From contig CABZHO010000002.1 in NCBI GenBank assembly GCA_902525595.1, forward strand, positions 24,395 to 88,394: DNA of 64,000 nt. Reading direction: 5' to 3'. This stretch comes from an uncultured Pelagibacteraceae bacterium (GTDB lineage: Bacteria; Pseudomonadota; Alphaproteobacteria; Pelagibacterales; AG-422-B15). Of the stretch, positions 40,192 to 50,285 are shown piece after piece. The position numbers were made by a program, and so were the translations under genes. The notes beneath the pieces were generated by a model that was not told the origin of the DNA, searched no databases, and saw only the letters and a list, made by a program, of their open reading frames with translations. Within the stretch, counting starts at the first letter, position 1. Each line of letters begins with the position of its first letter.

Positions 40192-41115
40192 ATGGAAAGA
40201 AATATATTAGTTATTAAACATGGTTCATTTGGAGATATCATTCAGATAAATGGATGTCTCAAAGATATACGTCAAAATTACCTAAAAAATAAAATTTATA
40301 TTTTAACAACGCCAGCATTCAAAAATTACTTTGAAAAGTGTCCTTTTGTGGATGAAGTAATTTTGGATAAAAGAAAGTCACGATGGAATTTAATATATTT
40401 ATATCGATTAAGAAAATTAATTACTAATCATAAATTTGAAAGAGTCTTCGACCTACAGAATTCTAAAAGAACGGAGTTTTATAGAAAATACCTTTTGTCC
40501 TCGGAGTGGGTTTCATCAAGAACAATACTAAAATCAGGTGAAACAAAAAAAGAATTTGATAAGAAGAGTACTCTCGAAAGATTTAAAATACAATTACTCA
40601 GATCAAACATCAATATTGAGTTTGTCAATAAACCACCGGTCTCTTGGATGATTGATGACAATTTTAAAATTTCATCTCAGATTAAAAAAAACTATATAGT
40701 TATATTTCCATTCTGCTCTCCTAAGCACCAGCAAAAAATATGGCCTTACTATAATGAGCTTATTTTAAAATTAAAATCAAATTTTCCTGATTTAGATATT
40801 GTAATCGCTCCAGGACCAGGTGAAATAAATGCAGCAAAAAAATATAAAGTAAAACTATGTCTTCACAACAATAAGCCAACAAATTTTTTTCAATTATCAA
40901 AACTACTGATAGGTGCAAAATACGTAATATCAAATGACACTGGGCCAGCTCATTTAGCAGCACATATGGGATGTCATGGTTTAGTGTTATTTGGAAGTCA
41001 CACTACACCTAAAAAAGTAAGTATTGAAACAAGTCATTTTTCATCCATTTCGTCTAAAAATATCAATGATATTTCTGTTGAAGCAGTCTATAAGAAAATA
41101 GATTCTCATTTGTAG
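40192..41115 (+). CDS. Glycosyltransferase family 9 (heptosyltransferase-like)
   Basis: 307 aa. NDTGPAHLAA motif characteristic of GT9. Confidence 0.7.
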   Translation: MERNILVIKHGSFGDIIQINGCLKDIRQNYLKNKIYILTTPAFKNYFEKCPFVDEVILDKRKSRWNLIYLYRLRKLITNHKFERVFDLQNSKRTEFYRKYLLSSEWVSSRTILKSGETKKEFDKKSTLERFKIQLLRSNINIEFVNKPPVSWMIDDNFKISSQIKKNYIVIFPFCSPKHQQKIWPYYNELILKLKSNFPDLDIVIAPGPGEINAAKKYKVKLCLHNNKPTNFFQLSKLLIGAKYVISNDTGPAHLAAHMGCHGLVLFGSHTTPKKVSIETSHFSSISSKNINDISVEAVYKKIDSHL

Positions 41116-41140
41116 ATAGATGATATAATAATACCATTCA

Positions 41141-42877
41141 ATGAGTAACAACGAACCATTTATTAATACTTTAAGACATGATACAGCGCATGTATTAGCC
41201 ATGGCCGTGCAAGAAATTTTTCCAGATACACAAGTGACAATTGGCCCTGTAATAGAAAATGGTTTTTACTACGATTTTGATAGAAAAGAACCTTTTACTG
41301 ATAAAGACCTCGGTATAATTGAAAAGAAAATGAAAGAAATAGTCAATCGTGATGAGAAAACGTCATATAAAATAATCAGTAGGGAAGACGCCATTAAGCT
41401 CTTCACTGACAAAGGAGAGAATTACAAAGTTGAAATCATAAGAGATTTACCTGAAAGTGAAGAATTAAAAGTATATTATCACGGAGATTGGTTTGACCTT
41501 TGTAAAGGACCTCATCTAGACTCAACTGGAAAAATCGGAAAAGCCTTTAAATTGACTAAAGTAGCTGGAGCGTATTGGAGAGGAGACCCAAACAAACCAA
41601 TGCTTCAGAGAATCTATGGTACAGCCTGGGAGTCTCAAGAAGAATTAGATAATTATCTTAACTTATTAAAGGAAGCTGAAAAAAGAGATCACAGAAAACT
41701 TGGGAAAGAATTAGATTTATTTCATTTTCAAGAAGAAGCTCCTGGCTCCGTTTTTTGGCATGCCAAGGGTTGGACTTTATTTCGAACACTTATAGATTAC
41801 ATGCGTCAGAGACAAGAAGATGCTGGTTATGAAGAAATTAATACCCCAGACATAATGGACAGGTCTTTATGGGAAAAGTCGGGACATCTTGAAAAATTTG
41901 GAGACAATATGTTTACTACTGAGGCAAGAGAAGATCGAGTTTATGCTTTAAAACCTATGAATTGTCCTGGATGTGTTCAGGTATACAAACAAGGATTGAA
42001 AAGTTATAGAGATCTCCCTCTAAGAGTTGCAGAGTTTGGCAAAGTTCATCGTTACGAACCATCAGGAGCTCTTCATGGATTAATGAGAGTCAGGGCTTTT
42101 ACTCAAGATGATGCTCATATATTTTGTACTGAGGACCAAATTACAGAAGAGAGCAAGAAGGTCTGTGATTTAGTTTTAAGTATTTATAAAGATTTTGGAT
42201 TTGAAAACGTATCAATTAAATTTTCTGATCGTCCAGAAAAAAGAGTAGGTAATGACAAAGTGTGGAACAAATCTGAAGCTGCACTTCGTGAAGCAATGGA
42301 AGCTACGGGATTAGAATATTCATTAAATCCTGGCGAAGGGGCATTTTATGGACCAAAATTAGAATTTATACTTAAAGATGCAATTGGAAGAGAATGGCAG
42401 TGTGGAACATTACAAGTAGATCTTAATATGCCAGAGAGACTTGGGGGTCATTACGTTGCAGATGACGGACAAAAACATAATCCTGTCATGCTTCACAGAG
42501 CATTATTTGGTTCCTTGGAGAGATTTACAGGAATTTTAATTGAGCATTACGCAGGTAATTTGCCGTTATGGCTGTCTCCTATTCAAGCTGTAGTTGCACC
42601 TATTACATCAGAAATAAACGGTTATGCAGAAAGTGTATTTGAATCTCTCCGAAGTAAAGGAATAAGGGTAGAAAAAGATCTTCGAAATGAGAAGATTAGT
42701 TATAAAATTAGAGAAAATTCATTAAAAAAAATTCCTTATCAAATAATTCTTGGAAAAAAAGAAATGGAAGAGAATTCAATTACTTTAAGAGAATTTGGTA
42801 ATGATAAGCAAGAAAAAATAAAATTTGAAAATTTACATGATTTTTTTGAAAAAAAATGTAAGATGCCCTCTCATTAA
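41141..42877 (+). CDS. thrS: Threonine--tRNA ligase (no N-terminal TGS domain)
   Basis: 578 aa. Starts at the editing-domain block RHDTAHVLA; class II motifs and an anticodon-binding domain are present. Confidence 0.95.
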   Translation: MSNNEPFINTLRHDTAHVLAMAVQEIFPDTQVTIGPVIENGFYYDFDRKEPFTDKDLGIIEKKMKEIVNRDEKTSYKIISREDAIKLFTDKGENYKVEIIRDLPESEELKVYYHGDWFDLCKGPHLDSTGKIGKAFKLTKVAGAYWRGDPNKPMLQRIYGTAWESQEELDNYLNLLKEAEKRDHRKLGKELDLFHFQEEAPGSVFWHAKGWTLFRTLIDYMRQRQEDAGYEEINTPDIMDRSLWEKSGHLEKFGDNMFTTEAREDRVYALKPMNCPGCVQVYKQGLKSYRDLPLRVAEFGKVHRYEPSGALHGLMRVRAFTQDDAHIFCTEDQITEESKKVCDLVLSIYKDFGFENVSIKFSDRPEKRVGNDKVWNKSEAALREAMEATGLEYSLNPGEGAFYGPKLEFILKDAIGREWQCGTLQVDLNMPERLGGHYVADDGQKHNPVMLHRALFGSLERFTGILIEHYAGNLPLWLSPIQAVVAPITSEINGYAESVFESLRSKGIRVEKDLRNEKISYKIRENSLKKIPYQIILGKKEMEENSITLREFGNDKQEKIKFENLHDFFEKKCKMPSH

Positions 42878-42895
42878 TGCAAAAAGGAGTTTAAC

Positions 42896-43444
42896 ATAGC
42901 ACTTCAAAAAAAAAATAATAGATCCTATCCATCAAATAAAGGTCCAAAGTTTCGCATTAACGAATTCATAAATTCCTCTACTGTAAGATTAATCGATGAA
43001 AAAGGTAATAACCTTGGTGTTGTAAACACTAGCGAAGCCATGCAAAAAGCAATTGATGTAGGGCTTGATCTTGTAGAAGTTTCACCACAAGTTGACCCAC
43101 CTGTTTGTAAAATTCTAGATTTTGGAAAATTTAAATATGAAGCTCAAAAGAAAGCCAGCACGTCTAAAAAAAAGCAAAAAGAAATAACTATAAAAGAAAT
43201 TAAGATGAGGCCTGGTATTGATGTGCATGATTATGATTTCAAAGTTAAAGCTGCTCAAAAGTTTATCGCTGCAGGTGATAAAGTAAAATTTACTATACGT
43301 TTTAAAGGTAGGGAGTTTGAACACCACGATATAGCTGAAAATCTAATGGAAAGGATCAGAGAGACAATGGGTACTGTGAGTAAAATTGAACAAGAACCAA
43401 AACTTGAGGGCCGCCAATTTACAATGATTTTCACTACAAATTAA
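42896..43444 (+). CDS. infC: Translation initiation factor IF-3, non-canonical ATA start
   Basis: The conserved N-domain ([14 protein letters not shown]) lies upstream of the first ATG (43040). The frame is closed at 42875-42877. The only plausible start is ATA at 42896, 6 nt after the AGGAG at 42885-42889. Confidence 0.85.
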   Translation: MALQKKNNRSYPSNKGPKFRINEFINSSTVRLIDEKGNNLGVVNTSEAMQKAIDVGLDLVEVSPQVDPPVCKILDFGKFKYEAQKKASTSKKKQKEITIKEIKMRPGIDVHDYDFKVKAAQKFIAAGDKVKFTIRFKGREFEHHDIAENLMERIRETMGTVSKIEQEPKLEGRQFTMIFTTN

Positions 43445-43523
43445 GCATTTCAAAATAATCATTACCAATAATAAAAATCTTTTGATTTTTTTCTACCTAG
43501 ACGATATAACCCGTTCATTCATT

Positions 43524-43721
43524 ATGAGTAAACTCAAAACAAAAAAGGGTGCAAGCAAACGCTTCAGGCTAACAGCTTCTGGCAAAGTTAAATCATACCA
43601 AAGTGGTAAAAGGCATGGTATGATTAAAAGAACAAATAGCCAAATTAGAAATCAAAGAGGCTCAACCATATTGTCTGAACAAGACTCTCGAATTGTAAAA
43701 AAGTTTTTACCTTACGCGTAG
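43524..43721 (+). CDS. rpmI: 50S ribosomal protein L35
   Basis: [14 protein letters not shown]... is a canonical L35 N-terminus. The ORF-track start at 43482 is an upstream extension. Confidence 0.9.
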   Translation: MSKLKTKKGASKRFRLTASGKVKSYQSGKRHGMIKRTNSQIRNQRGSTILSEQDSRIVKKFLPYA

Positions 43722-43738
43722 ATAGATAGGATAGAATA

Positions 43739-44095
43739 ATGGCTAGAGTAAAAAGAGGAGTAACTGCGCACGCAAGACATAAGAAAGTAATAAAGCAAGC
43801 TAAAGGTTACCGCGGTAGAAGAAAAAATACTTTTAAGGTTGCAAAACAAGCTGTAGAAAAATCAATGCAGTATGCTTATCGAGACCGAAGAGTAAAAAAA
43901 AGAGAGTTTAGATCACTTTGGAATCAGAGGATAAATGCTGGTGCAAGAATTCATGGTATTTCTTACTCTGTTTTCATGAATGGACTAAAGAAATTAAATA
44001 TTGATTTAGATCGTAAAATTCTTGCAGATCTCGCTATGAATGAACCTAGTTCTTTTGAGCACTTAGCGAAGCAAGTGCAGTCTTCAGCTAAATAA
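43739..44095 (+). CDS. rplT: 50S ribosomal protein L20
   Basis: [16 protein letters not shown]... is a canonical L20 sequence. Confidence 0.95.
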   Translation: MARVKRGVTAHARHKKVIKQAKGYRGRRKNTFKVAKQAVEKSMQYAYRDRRVKKREFRSLWNQRINAGARIHGISYSVFMNGLKKLNIDLDRKILADLAMNEPSSFEHLAKQVQSSAK

Positions 44096-44161
44096 TTAGT
44101 ACCTAATACAAAAGCATATTCTTATTACAGAAAAAACTAAATCTGATATTGTTGATTTACG

Positions 44162-45232
44162 ATGATAGATTTTAATAAATTAGAAGCAGAAATTGCGGAA
44201 GCGAGAGATAAATTCATAAATATTGAAAGTATAAATGAATTTAAAATAAAATATCTTGGCAAGAAAGGAATCATTTCTCTTGAAATGAAAGAACTTGCGA
44301 ATCTTTCAGGCAATGAAAGAAAAAAACAAGCTGAAAAATTGAATAAAATAAAAGATACTATTTTAAAGACTATAGATACAAAAACTGAAGAATTTAATAA
44401 TATAGAATTAGATAAAAAACTTAATTCTGAAACACTAGATATTACTCTTTCAACATCAAACTCATCAGGTACGATTCATCCAATCAGCCAGGTCATTGAA
44501 GAAGTTATAGCTATATTTGGTGAACTTGATTTTTTTGTTGCGGAAGGTCCAGAAGTTGAAACAGATTACAATAATTTTACTGCCCTAAACACTAATGAAA
44601 ACCATCCCGCAAGACAAATGCATGATACCTTTTATGTAGAAACTATTACTGATGGTATGCCAAATGTATTAAGAACTCATACATCTCCTGTTCAGATTAG
44701 AAGTATGTTAAAGCAAAAACCACCTATTCGATTAATTGCTCCAGGTAAAACATTTAGATGCGATAACGACCAAACACATTCACCAATGTTTCACCAAGTT
44801 GAAGGCTTGGTTATAGATCAAGAAAGTAATATGAGTCATTTAAAAGGTTGCCTAGAAGTATTTTTGAAAACTTTTTTTGAGACTGATAAATTAAATATGA
44901 GATTTCGTCCAAGTCATTTTCCATTTACTGAGCCATCTGCAGAAGTAGATATTGGCTACACCAAAAAAGGTAGCCAACTTATTATTGGAGAAGGTGAGGA
45001 TTGGCTTGAAATATTAGGCTGTGGAATGGTACATCCTAATGTACTTGAAAACGTCAATATTAATTCAAATGATTATCAAGGATATGCTTTTGGCATGGGC
45101 ATTGAACGATTGGCAATGTTAAAATATGGCATTAGTGATTTGAGAACCTTTTTTGACAGCGATCTTAGGTGGAATAAACACTATGGTTTTTCTCCATTAA
45201 ATATTCCCTCATTAATTGGAGATTTAAGCTAA
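44162..45232 (+). CDS. pheS: Phenylalanine--tRNA ligase alpha subunit
   Basis: 356 aa. Class II motifs (FRCD...HSPMFHQVEG, GFAFGMGIERL). Confidence 0.95.
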   Translation: MIDFNKLEAEIAEARDKFINIESINEFKIKYLGKKGIISLEMKELANLSGNERKKQAEKLNKIKDTILKTIDTKTEEFNNIELDKKLNSETLDITLSTSNSSGTIHPISQVIEEVIAIFGELDFFVAEGPEVETDYNNFTALNTNENHPARQMHDTFYVETITDGMPNVLRTHTSPVQIRSMLKQKPPIRLIAPGKTFRCDNDQTHSPMFHQVEGLVIDQESNMSHLKGCLEVFLKTFFETDKLNMRFRPSHFPFTEPSAEVDIGYTKKGSQLIIGEGEDWLEILGCGMVHPNVLENVNINSNDYQGYAFGMGIERLAMLKYGISDLRTFFDSDLRWNKHYGFSPLNIPSLIGDLS

Positions 45233-47620
45233 ATGAAATTTAGCTACTCTTGGTTATTAGAACATCTAAAGACTAACGCTCAGCCTGAAGAGATAGAGGA
45301 AAAATTGACCACTATTGGTCTTGAGGTTGAAAATGTGCAGGATACAGGCAAAGTATACCAAAGTTTTATTGTTGGACAAGTTCTCGAAGAGAGAAAACAT
45401 CCCAATGCGGATAAATTAAGACTCTGCAAGGTTGATGTAGGAAAAGAAAAAGTTGATGTTGTGTGCGGTGCTCCAAATGTTGAAAAAGGAATGAAGGTTG
45501 TGTATGCACCTGTTGGCTCAATCATTCCAGTTAACCAAATGAAAATTAAGGCTACAAAAATTAGGGGTGTTGAATCGTTTGGCATGATGTGCTCAGAATA
45601 TGAACTTGGGATATCAAATGAACACGACGGAATAATTCATCTTAATAAAAACGAAAAAGTCGGAACTTCTTTTGCGAAGATATCAGGTCTTAATGATATT
45701 GTAATTGAAATTGGCATAACGCCTAACCGTCAAGACTGCCTTGGAGTAAACGGAATTGCTCGTGATCTCGCCGCTGCTGGTATGGGGGAACTAATTGATA
45801 AAAAGGTTATTAATGATAAAGGCTCTTTTAAATCGCCTATAAAAATTGAAATAAAAGACAAGCCCGCTTGCTCAGCTTTCGCTGGAAGATACTTTAGAAA
45901 TGTTAAAAATGTTGAAAGCCCTGACTGGCTGAAAAATAAGTTAAAATCAATAGGTTTAAGGCCAATATCGGCATTAGTTGATATAACTAATTTTGTAATG
46001 TTCGATCTTAATCGACCACTTCATGTATATGATGCAGATAAAATTAACGGCAAAATTATAGTTCGCTCAGCAAAGAATGGTGAAAGTTTTTTAGCTTTAG
46101 ATGAAAAAAAATATGAATTAAAAAATGGAATGTGTGCCATTACTGATGAAGCAAAAGTTCTTGGTCTCGGTGGGATCATGGGAGGAGAAAGTACAGGATG
46201 TGGGCTTGATACCGAGAATATTTTTCTCGAGTCCGCCTTATTTGACGAAGTTAATACAGCGAAGACTGGTAGAAATTTATCAATCTTAAGTGATGCAAGA
46301 TACCGTTTTGAAAGAGGCATTGATCCTAATTCAACATTAAAAGGGATAGATCTTGCAACTCAATTAATTTTAGAAATTTGTGGCGGTGAATGCAGTGAGG
46401 TTGAGATTGCGGGTAACATTAAGAAAAATCTAAATGAAATTTCTACCTCATGCTATTACCTGTCTAAAAGACTTGGTTTTGAAGTAAATGAAAAAGAAGT
46501 AATTGAGATTCTTAATTCTTTAGGGATTGAAACTAGTAAAAAAGAGAATTCCATTAAATGCAAAATACCATCTTGGAGACATGATATTCATGGTGAAGCA
46601 GATATAAGCGAAGAAATTATTAGAATTAAAGGTTACGAAAATATTCCTACAAAGAATATAAGATCAAAAAATAAAATTAATCAAAATATTTTAAACCGGT
46701 CTCAAAAAAATATAATTAAAGCAAGACGCTTTATCGCTTCAATTGGTTATGATGAACTTGTCACTTTCTCATTTACCGACGCAAAAAAATGTGATGCATT
46801 TGGTGATATAAATAAATTGAGAATTGTAAATCCTATTTCTGAAGACTTAAATATACTTAGGCCGAACCTATTGCCAAATCTTCTAAATGCAATAAAAAAA
46901 AATAAAACTAGAAACTTTGAGTCTTTTTCAATATTCGAAATTGGTAGTCAATACAAATCAACATCTCCAGAAGACCAATTGAATATTGCATGTGGCATAA
47001 AATCAGGAGAGAAATATACAAAATCATGGAAGAAAGAACAAAACGATTTTGATATATATGACGTTAAAGAGGATTTAATTTCTCTGATTGATTTTCTAAT
47101 GCCAAGTAATAAGAAAATTTCTGTTTCCAAAGATTGTCCGTCCTGGTACCATCCTGGTAGATCTGGCACAATATTGATAAATAAATCAATTAAAGCTGGA
47201 TATTTTGGAGAGCTGCATCCAAGGATTGCCAATAGTTTTAAGATAAAAAGTAAGGTAAATATTTTTGAACTATATTTAGATGAAATACCGAATTTAGAAA
47301 AAAAGACAACTAATAAACCGCCATTGAAACTCAGTGATTTTCAAGTTGTAACAAGAGACTTTGCCTTCATTATTGATAAGAAAATAAGTAGTGAAGAAGT
47401 AGTTAACGCTGCTTCTAAAGTAGATAAAGAAATAATTAGAAATGTAGAAATTTTTGACTTATTTGAAGACGAAAGTATAGGTCAGAACAAGAAGTCGATT
47501 GCTATTAAAGTTATCCTGCAATCAAATGAAAAAACATTAGATGAATCTGATATTTCTAAGATAAGTTCTAGTATAATTCAGTCAGTAGAGACTTCAACAT
47601 CCGGAACTGTAAGGTCTTAA
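45233..47620 (+). CDS. pheT: Phenylalanine--tRNA ligase beta subunit
   Basis: 795 aa with tRNA-binding, B3/B4, B5 and FDX-ACB domain order. Confidence 0.95.
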   Translation: MKFSYSWLLEHLKTNAQPEEIEEKLTTIGLEVENVQDTGKVYQSFIVGQVLEERKHPNADKLRLCKVDVGKEKVDVVCGAPNVEKGMKVVYAPVGSIIPVNQMKIKATKIRGVESFGMMCSEYELGISNEHDGIIHLNKNEKVGTSFAKISGLNDIVIEIGITPNRQDCLGVNGIARDLAAAGMGELIDKKVINDKGSFKSPIKIEIKDKPACSAFAGRYFRNVKNVESPDWLKNKLKSIGLRPISALVDITNFVMFDLNRPLHVYDADKINGKIIVRSAKNGESFLALDEKKYELKNGMCAITDEAKVLGLGGIMGGESTGCGLDTENIFLESALFDEVNTAKTGRNLSILSDARYRFERGIDPNSTLKGIDLATQLILEICGGECSEVEIAGNIKKNLNEISTSCYYLSKRLGFEVNEKEVIEILNSLGIETSKKENSIKCKIPSWRHDIHGEADISEEIIRIKGYENIPTKNIRSKNKINQNILNRSQKNIIKARRFIASIGYDELVTFSFTDAKKCDAFGDINKLRIVNPISEDLNILRPNLLPNLLNAIKKNKTRNFESFSIFEIGSQYKSTSPEDQLNIACGIKSGEKYTKSWKKEQNDFDIYDVKEDLISLIDFLMPSNKKISVSKDCPSWYHPGRSGTILINKSIKAGYFGELHPRIANSFKIKSKVNIFELYLDEIPNLEKKTTNKPPLKLSDFQVVTRDFAFIIDKKISSEEVVNAASKVDKEIIRNVEIFDLFEDESIGQNKKSIAIKVILQSNEKTLDESDISKISSSIIQSVETSTSGTVRS

Positions 47621-47630
47621 TTCTTAAATT

Positions 47631-49430
47631 ATGTCTGGTATTAAAAATATTAGAAATTTCTCTATTATCGCGCATATTGATCATGGAAAATCTACATTAG
47701 CGGACAGACTAATACAATTTTGTGGTGGACTCTCTGAACGTGAAATGAAGTCACAAGTACTTGACTCAATGGATATTGAAAGAGAACGTGGCATCACCAT
47801 TAAAGCGCAAACTGTACAACTAAAATATCGAGCTAAAGATGGTGAAGTTTATACTTTAAATATTATTGATACCCCAGGACATGTTGATTTTAGTTACGAG
47901 GTAAACCGGTCTCTTTCTGCTTGCGAAGGATCACTCTTAGTAGTCGATGCAAGTCAAGGTGTCGAAGCTCAAACGTTAGCAAATTTATACCAAGCTGTAG
48001 AAAATGATCATGTGATAATACCCGTATTAAATAAAATAGATTTACCTGCCTCTGATCCTGAAAGAGTTAAAAATCAAATAGAAGATATTTTAGGAATTGA
48101 TACAAGTAATGTGCTTGAAATTTCTGCAAAGTCAGGAATTGGTATCGAGGCTGTCTTAGAAACCATTGTAAAAGAATTACCTTCACCAATAGGTGATGAA
48201 AATAAACAATTAAAAGCAATGTTGGTTGATAGTTGGTATGATGCTTATTTGGGCGTGGTAATTTTAGTTCGTGTCATTGATGGAATTTTGAAAAAAGGGA
48301 TGGAGGTTCGTTTTCATCAAACAAATACTAAACATCTGATAGAAAGAATTGGCTGTTTTACTCCAAAAATGATTGATAACAAACAAATTAATACCGGAGA
48401 ATTAGGGTTTGTTACAGCGGCAATAAAAGAGGTAGCTCAAACTAAAGTAGGAGATACAATTTTACTAGCAAACGACAAACAAACTGATCCCCTTCCAGGT
48501 TTCAAGCCGAGTCAGCCTGTAGTATTTTGCGGTTTATTTCCAACAAATGCAGCGGACTTTAAATTTCTGAAAGACGCATTAGCAAAATTAAAACTTAATG
48601 ACTCAAGTTTTCATTTTGAGCAAGAAACCTCCGCTGCTCTTGGAATGGGTTTTAGATGTGGTTTCCTTGGATTATTACATCTAGAAATTATTGTAGAAAG
48701 ACTAGATCGTGAATTCAATTTAGATTTAATAACTACAGCCCCAAGTGTTATTTATAATTTAGTTTTAAATGAGGGTAGCTCACTTGAGTTGCACAACCCA
48801 GCAGATATGCCAGAAGTAATGAAGATTAAAAGTATTTCTGAGCCTTGGATTAAAGCAACAATAATTTGCCCTGAGGAATATCTTGGAAGCATTATTTCAC
48901 TTTGTGAAGATAAGAGAGGTAAGCAAACAGAGCTATCTTATTCCGGATCAAGAGTGATTTTAAATTATAAGTTACCATTGAATGAGATTGTTTTTGACTT
49001 TTATGATAGATTGAAATCAATCTCCAGTGGGTATGCAAGTTTTGATTATGAAATTGATGAATATATTGAAAGTGATTTAGTGCGATTAAGTATTCTTGTG
49101 AATGATGAGTCAGTTGATGCTTTATCAATAATCGTGCATCGAAGCTTTTCTGAAAAGAAGGGAAGAGCAGTCTGTGAAAAACTAAAAGAACTAATTCCCC
49201 GTCATCAGTTTCATATTCCAATTCAGGCAGCAATTGGTGGTAAAATTATTGCTCGTGAAACTGTAAGAGGATATCGTAAAAATGTTATCGATAGAATACA
49301 TGGTGGTGGAGCGACTGATCGAAAAAGAAAGTTACTGGATAAGCAGAAAAAAGGAAAACAAAGATTAAGAACTTATGGCAAGGTTGATATTCCTCAAGAA
49401 GCCTTCATAGCTGCTTTGAAAGTCGAATAG
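47631..49430 (+). CDS. lepA: Elongation factor 4
   Basis: 599 aa. G-domain [18 protein letters not shown] and the LepA-specific C-terminus. Confidence 0.95.
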   Translation: MSGIKNIRNFSIIAHIDHGKSTLADRLIQFCGGLSEREMKSQVLDSMDIERERGITIKAQTVQLKYRAKDGEVYTLNIIDTPGHVDFSYEVNRSLSACEGSLLVVDASQGVEAQTLANLYQAVENDHVIIPVLNKIDLPASDPERVKNQIEDILGIDTSNVLEISAKSGIGIEAVLETIVKELPSPIGDENKQLKAMLVDSWYDAYLGVVILVRVIDGILKKGMEVRFHQTNTKHLIERIGCFTPKMIDNKQINTGELGFVTAAIKEVAQTKVGDTILLANDKQTDPLPGFKPSQPVVFCGLFPTNAADFKFLKDALAKLKLNDSSFHFEQETSAALGMGFRCGFLGLLHLEIIVERLDREFNLDLITTAPSVIYNLVLNEGSSLELHNPADMPEVMKIKSISEPWIKATIICPEEYLGSIISLCEDKRGKQTELSYSGSRVILNYKLPLNEIVFDFYDRLKSISSGYASFDYEIDEYIESDLVRLSILVNDESVDALSIIVHRSFSEKKGRAVCEKLKELIPRHQFHIPIQAAIGGKIIARETVRGYRKNVIDRIHGGGATDRKRKLLDKQKKGKQRLRTYGKVDIPQEAFIAALKVE

Positions 49431-49520
49431 GGAAAGGTGGCCGAGTGGTTGAAGGCGCACGCTTGGAAAGCGTGTATGCGGGTGACCGTATCGTGGGTTC
49501 GAATCCCATCCTTTCCGCCA
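49431..49520 (+). tRNA. tRNA-Ser (anticodon GGA)
   Basis: 90 nt, hand-folded. Acceptor stem GGAAAGG/CCTTTCC, anticodon loop TTGGAAA, long variable arm, T-loop GGTTCGAATCC, encoded CCA. Starts on the nucleotide after the lepA stop. Confidence 0.9.
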
Positions 49521-49637
49521 ATTATAAGATGCTTGATTATTTTCATGGCTTTAATCAAATTAAAATTACATTTCTTACAGAGAAATTGTCTAGAAAATTT
49601 AAGATACATAATATTTATAATAGGATAAATTAGTGGT

Positions 49638-50279
49638 ATGAGACTATATAGAAAAATAATTAGAGAGTTATTTAGAAGCAAAATAACAAAAAAATTCATT
49701 AATTCATCTCAGTATTGGGAAGATAGATATTATTACGGAGGTAATTCTGGAAGTGGATCATATTATAAGAATGCAGCTGAAAAGGCTGATTACCTAAATG
49801 CCAAAATAGATCAATTCGATATAGATACCATAGTAGACATTGGGTGTGGTGATGGTAATAATTTGAAACTCTTCAAGATTCAAAATTATTATGGTTTTGA
49901 TGTGAGTGAGACAATTATATTTCAAAATAAAAAAGAGTTTAAACAAGATCGGAGTAAACAATTTTTAATAATAGACAAAAATTTTGATGAAAAATTATCT
50001 AGTATTAGAAATCAAGAAAATATAAAAAAAATAATTTGTGTTAGCTTTGATGTTATCGGACATTTAGTAGAAGATGAGATCTATGATAATCATTTAAAAA
50101 GTTTTGATTTAGTAAAGCCTGATTATCTAATAATATCTAACTTTGATGTAGAAACAGAATATGATTTATCAGTTCCACATATTAAGGGACGAAATTATTC
50201 TAGAGACTTATTAAATAAAGGTTGGAAATTAGTTGATGTTCATCCCAAAAATAATGATCTGAAACTTTTTAAAAAGTAA
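49638..50279 (+). CDS. Class I SAM-dependent methyltransferase
   Basis: 213 aa with the [10 protein letters not shown] motif I. Very AT-rich coding sequence. Confidence 0.6.
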   Translation: MRLYRKIIRELFRSKITKKFINSSQYWEDRYYYGGNSGSGSYYKNAAEKADYLNAKIDQFDIDTIVDIGCGDGNNLKLFKIQNYYGFDVSETIIFQNKKEFKQDRSKQFLIIDKNFDEKLSSIRNQENIKKIICVSFDVIGHLVEDEIYDNHLKSFDLVKPDYLIISNFDVETEYDLSVPHIKGRNYSRDLLNKGWKLVDVHPKNNDLKLFKK

Positions 50280-50285
50280 TTTTTT

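Noticed and set aside
49394-49699. ORF-track entries 49394-49699 (-), 49437-49628 (+) and 49445-49633 (+).
   Set aside because: They are built on the tRNA-Ser sequence and the AT-rich spacer. There is no coding signal.
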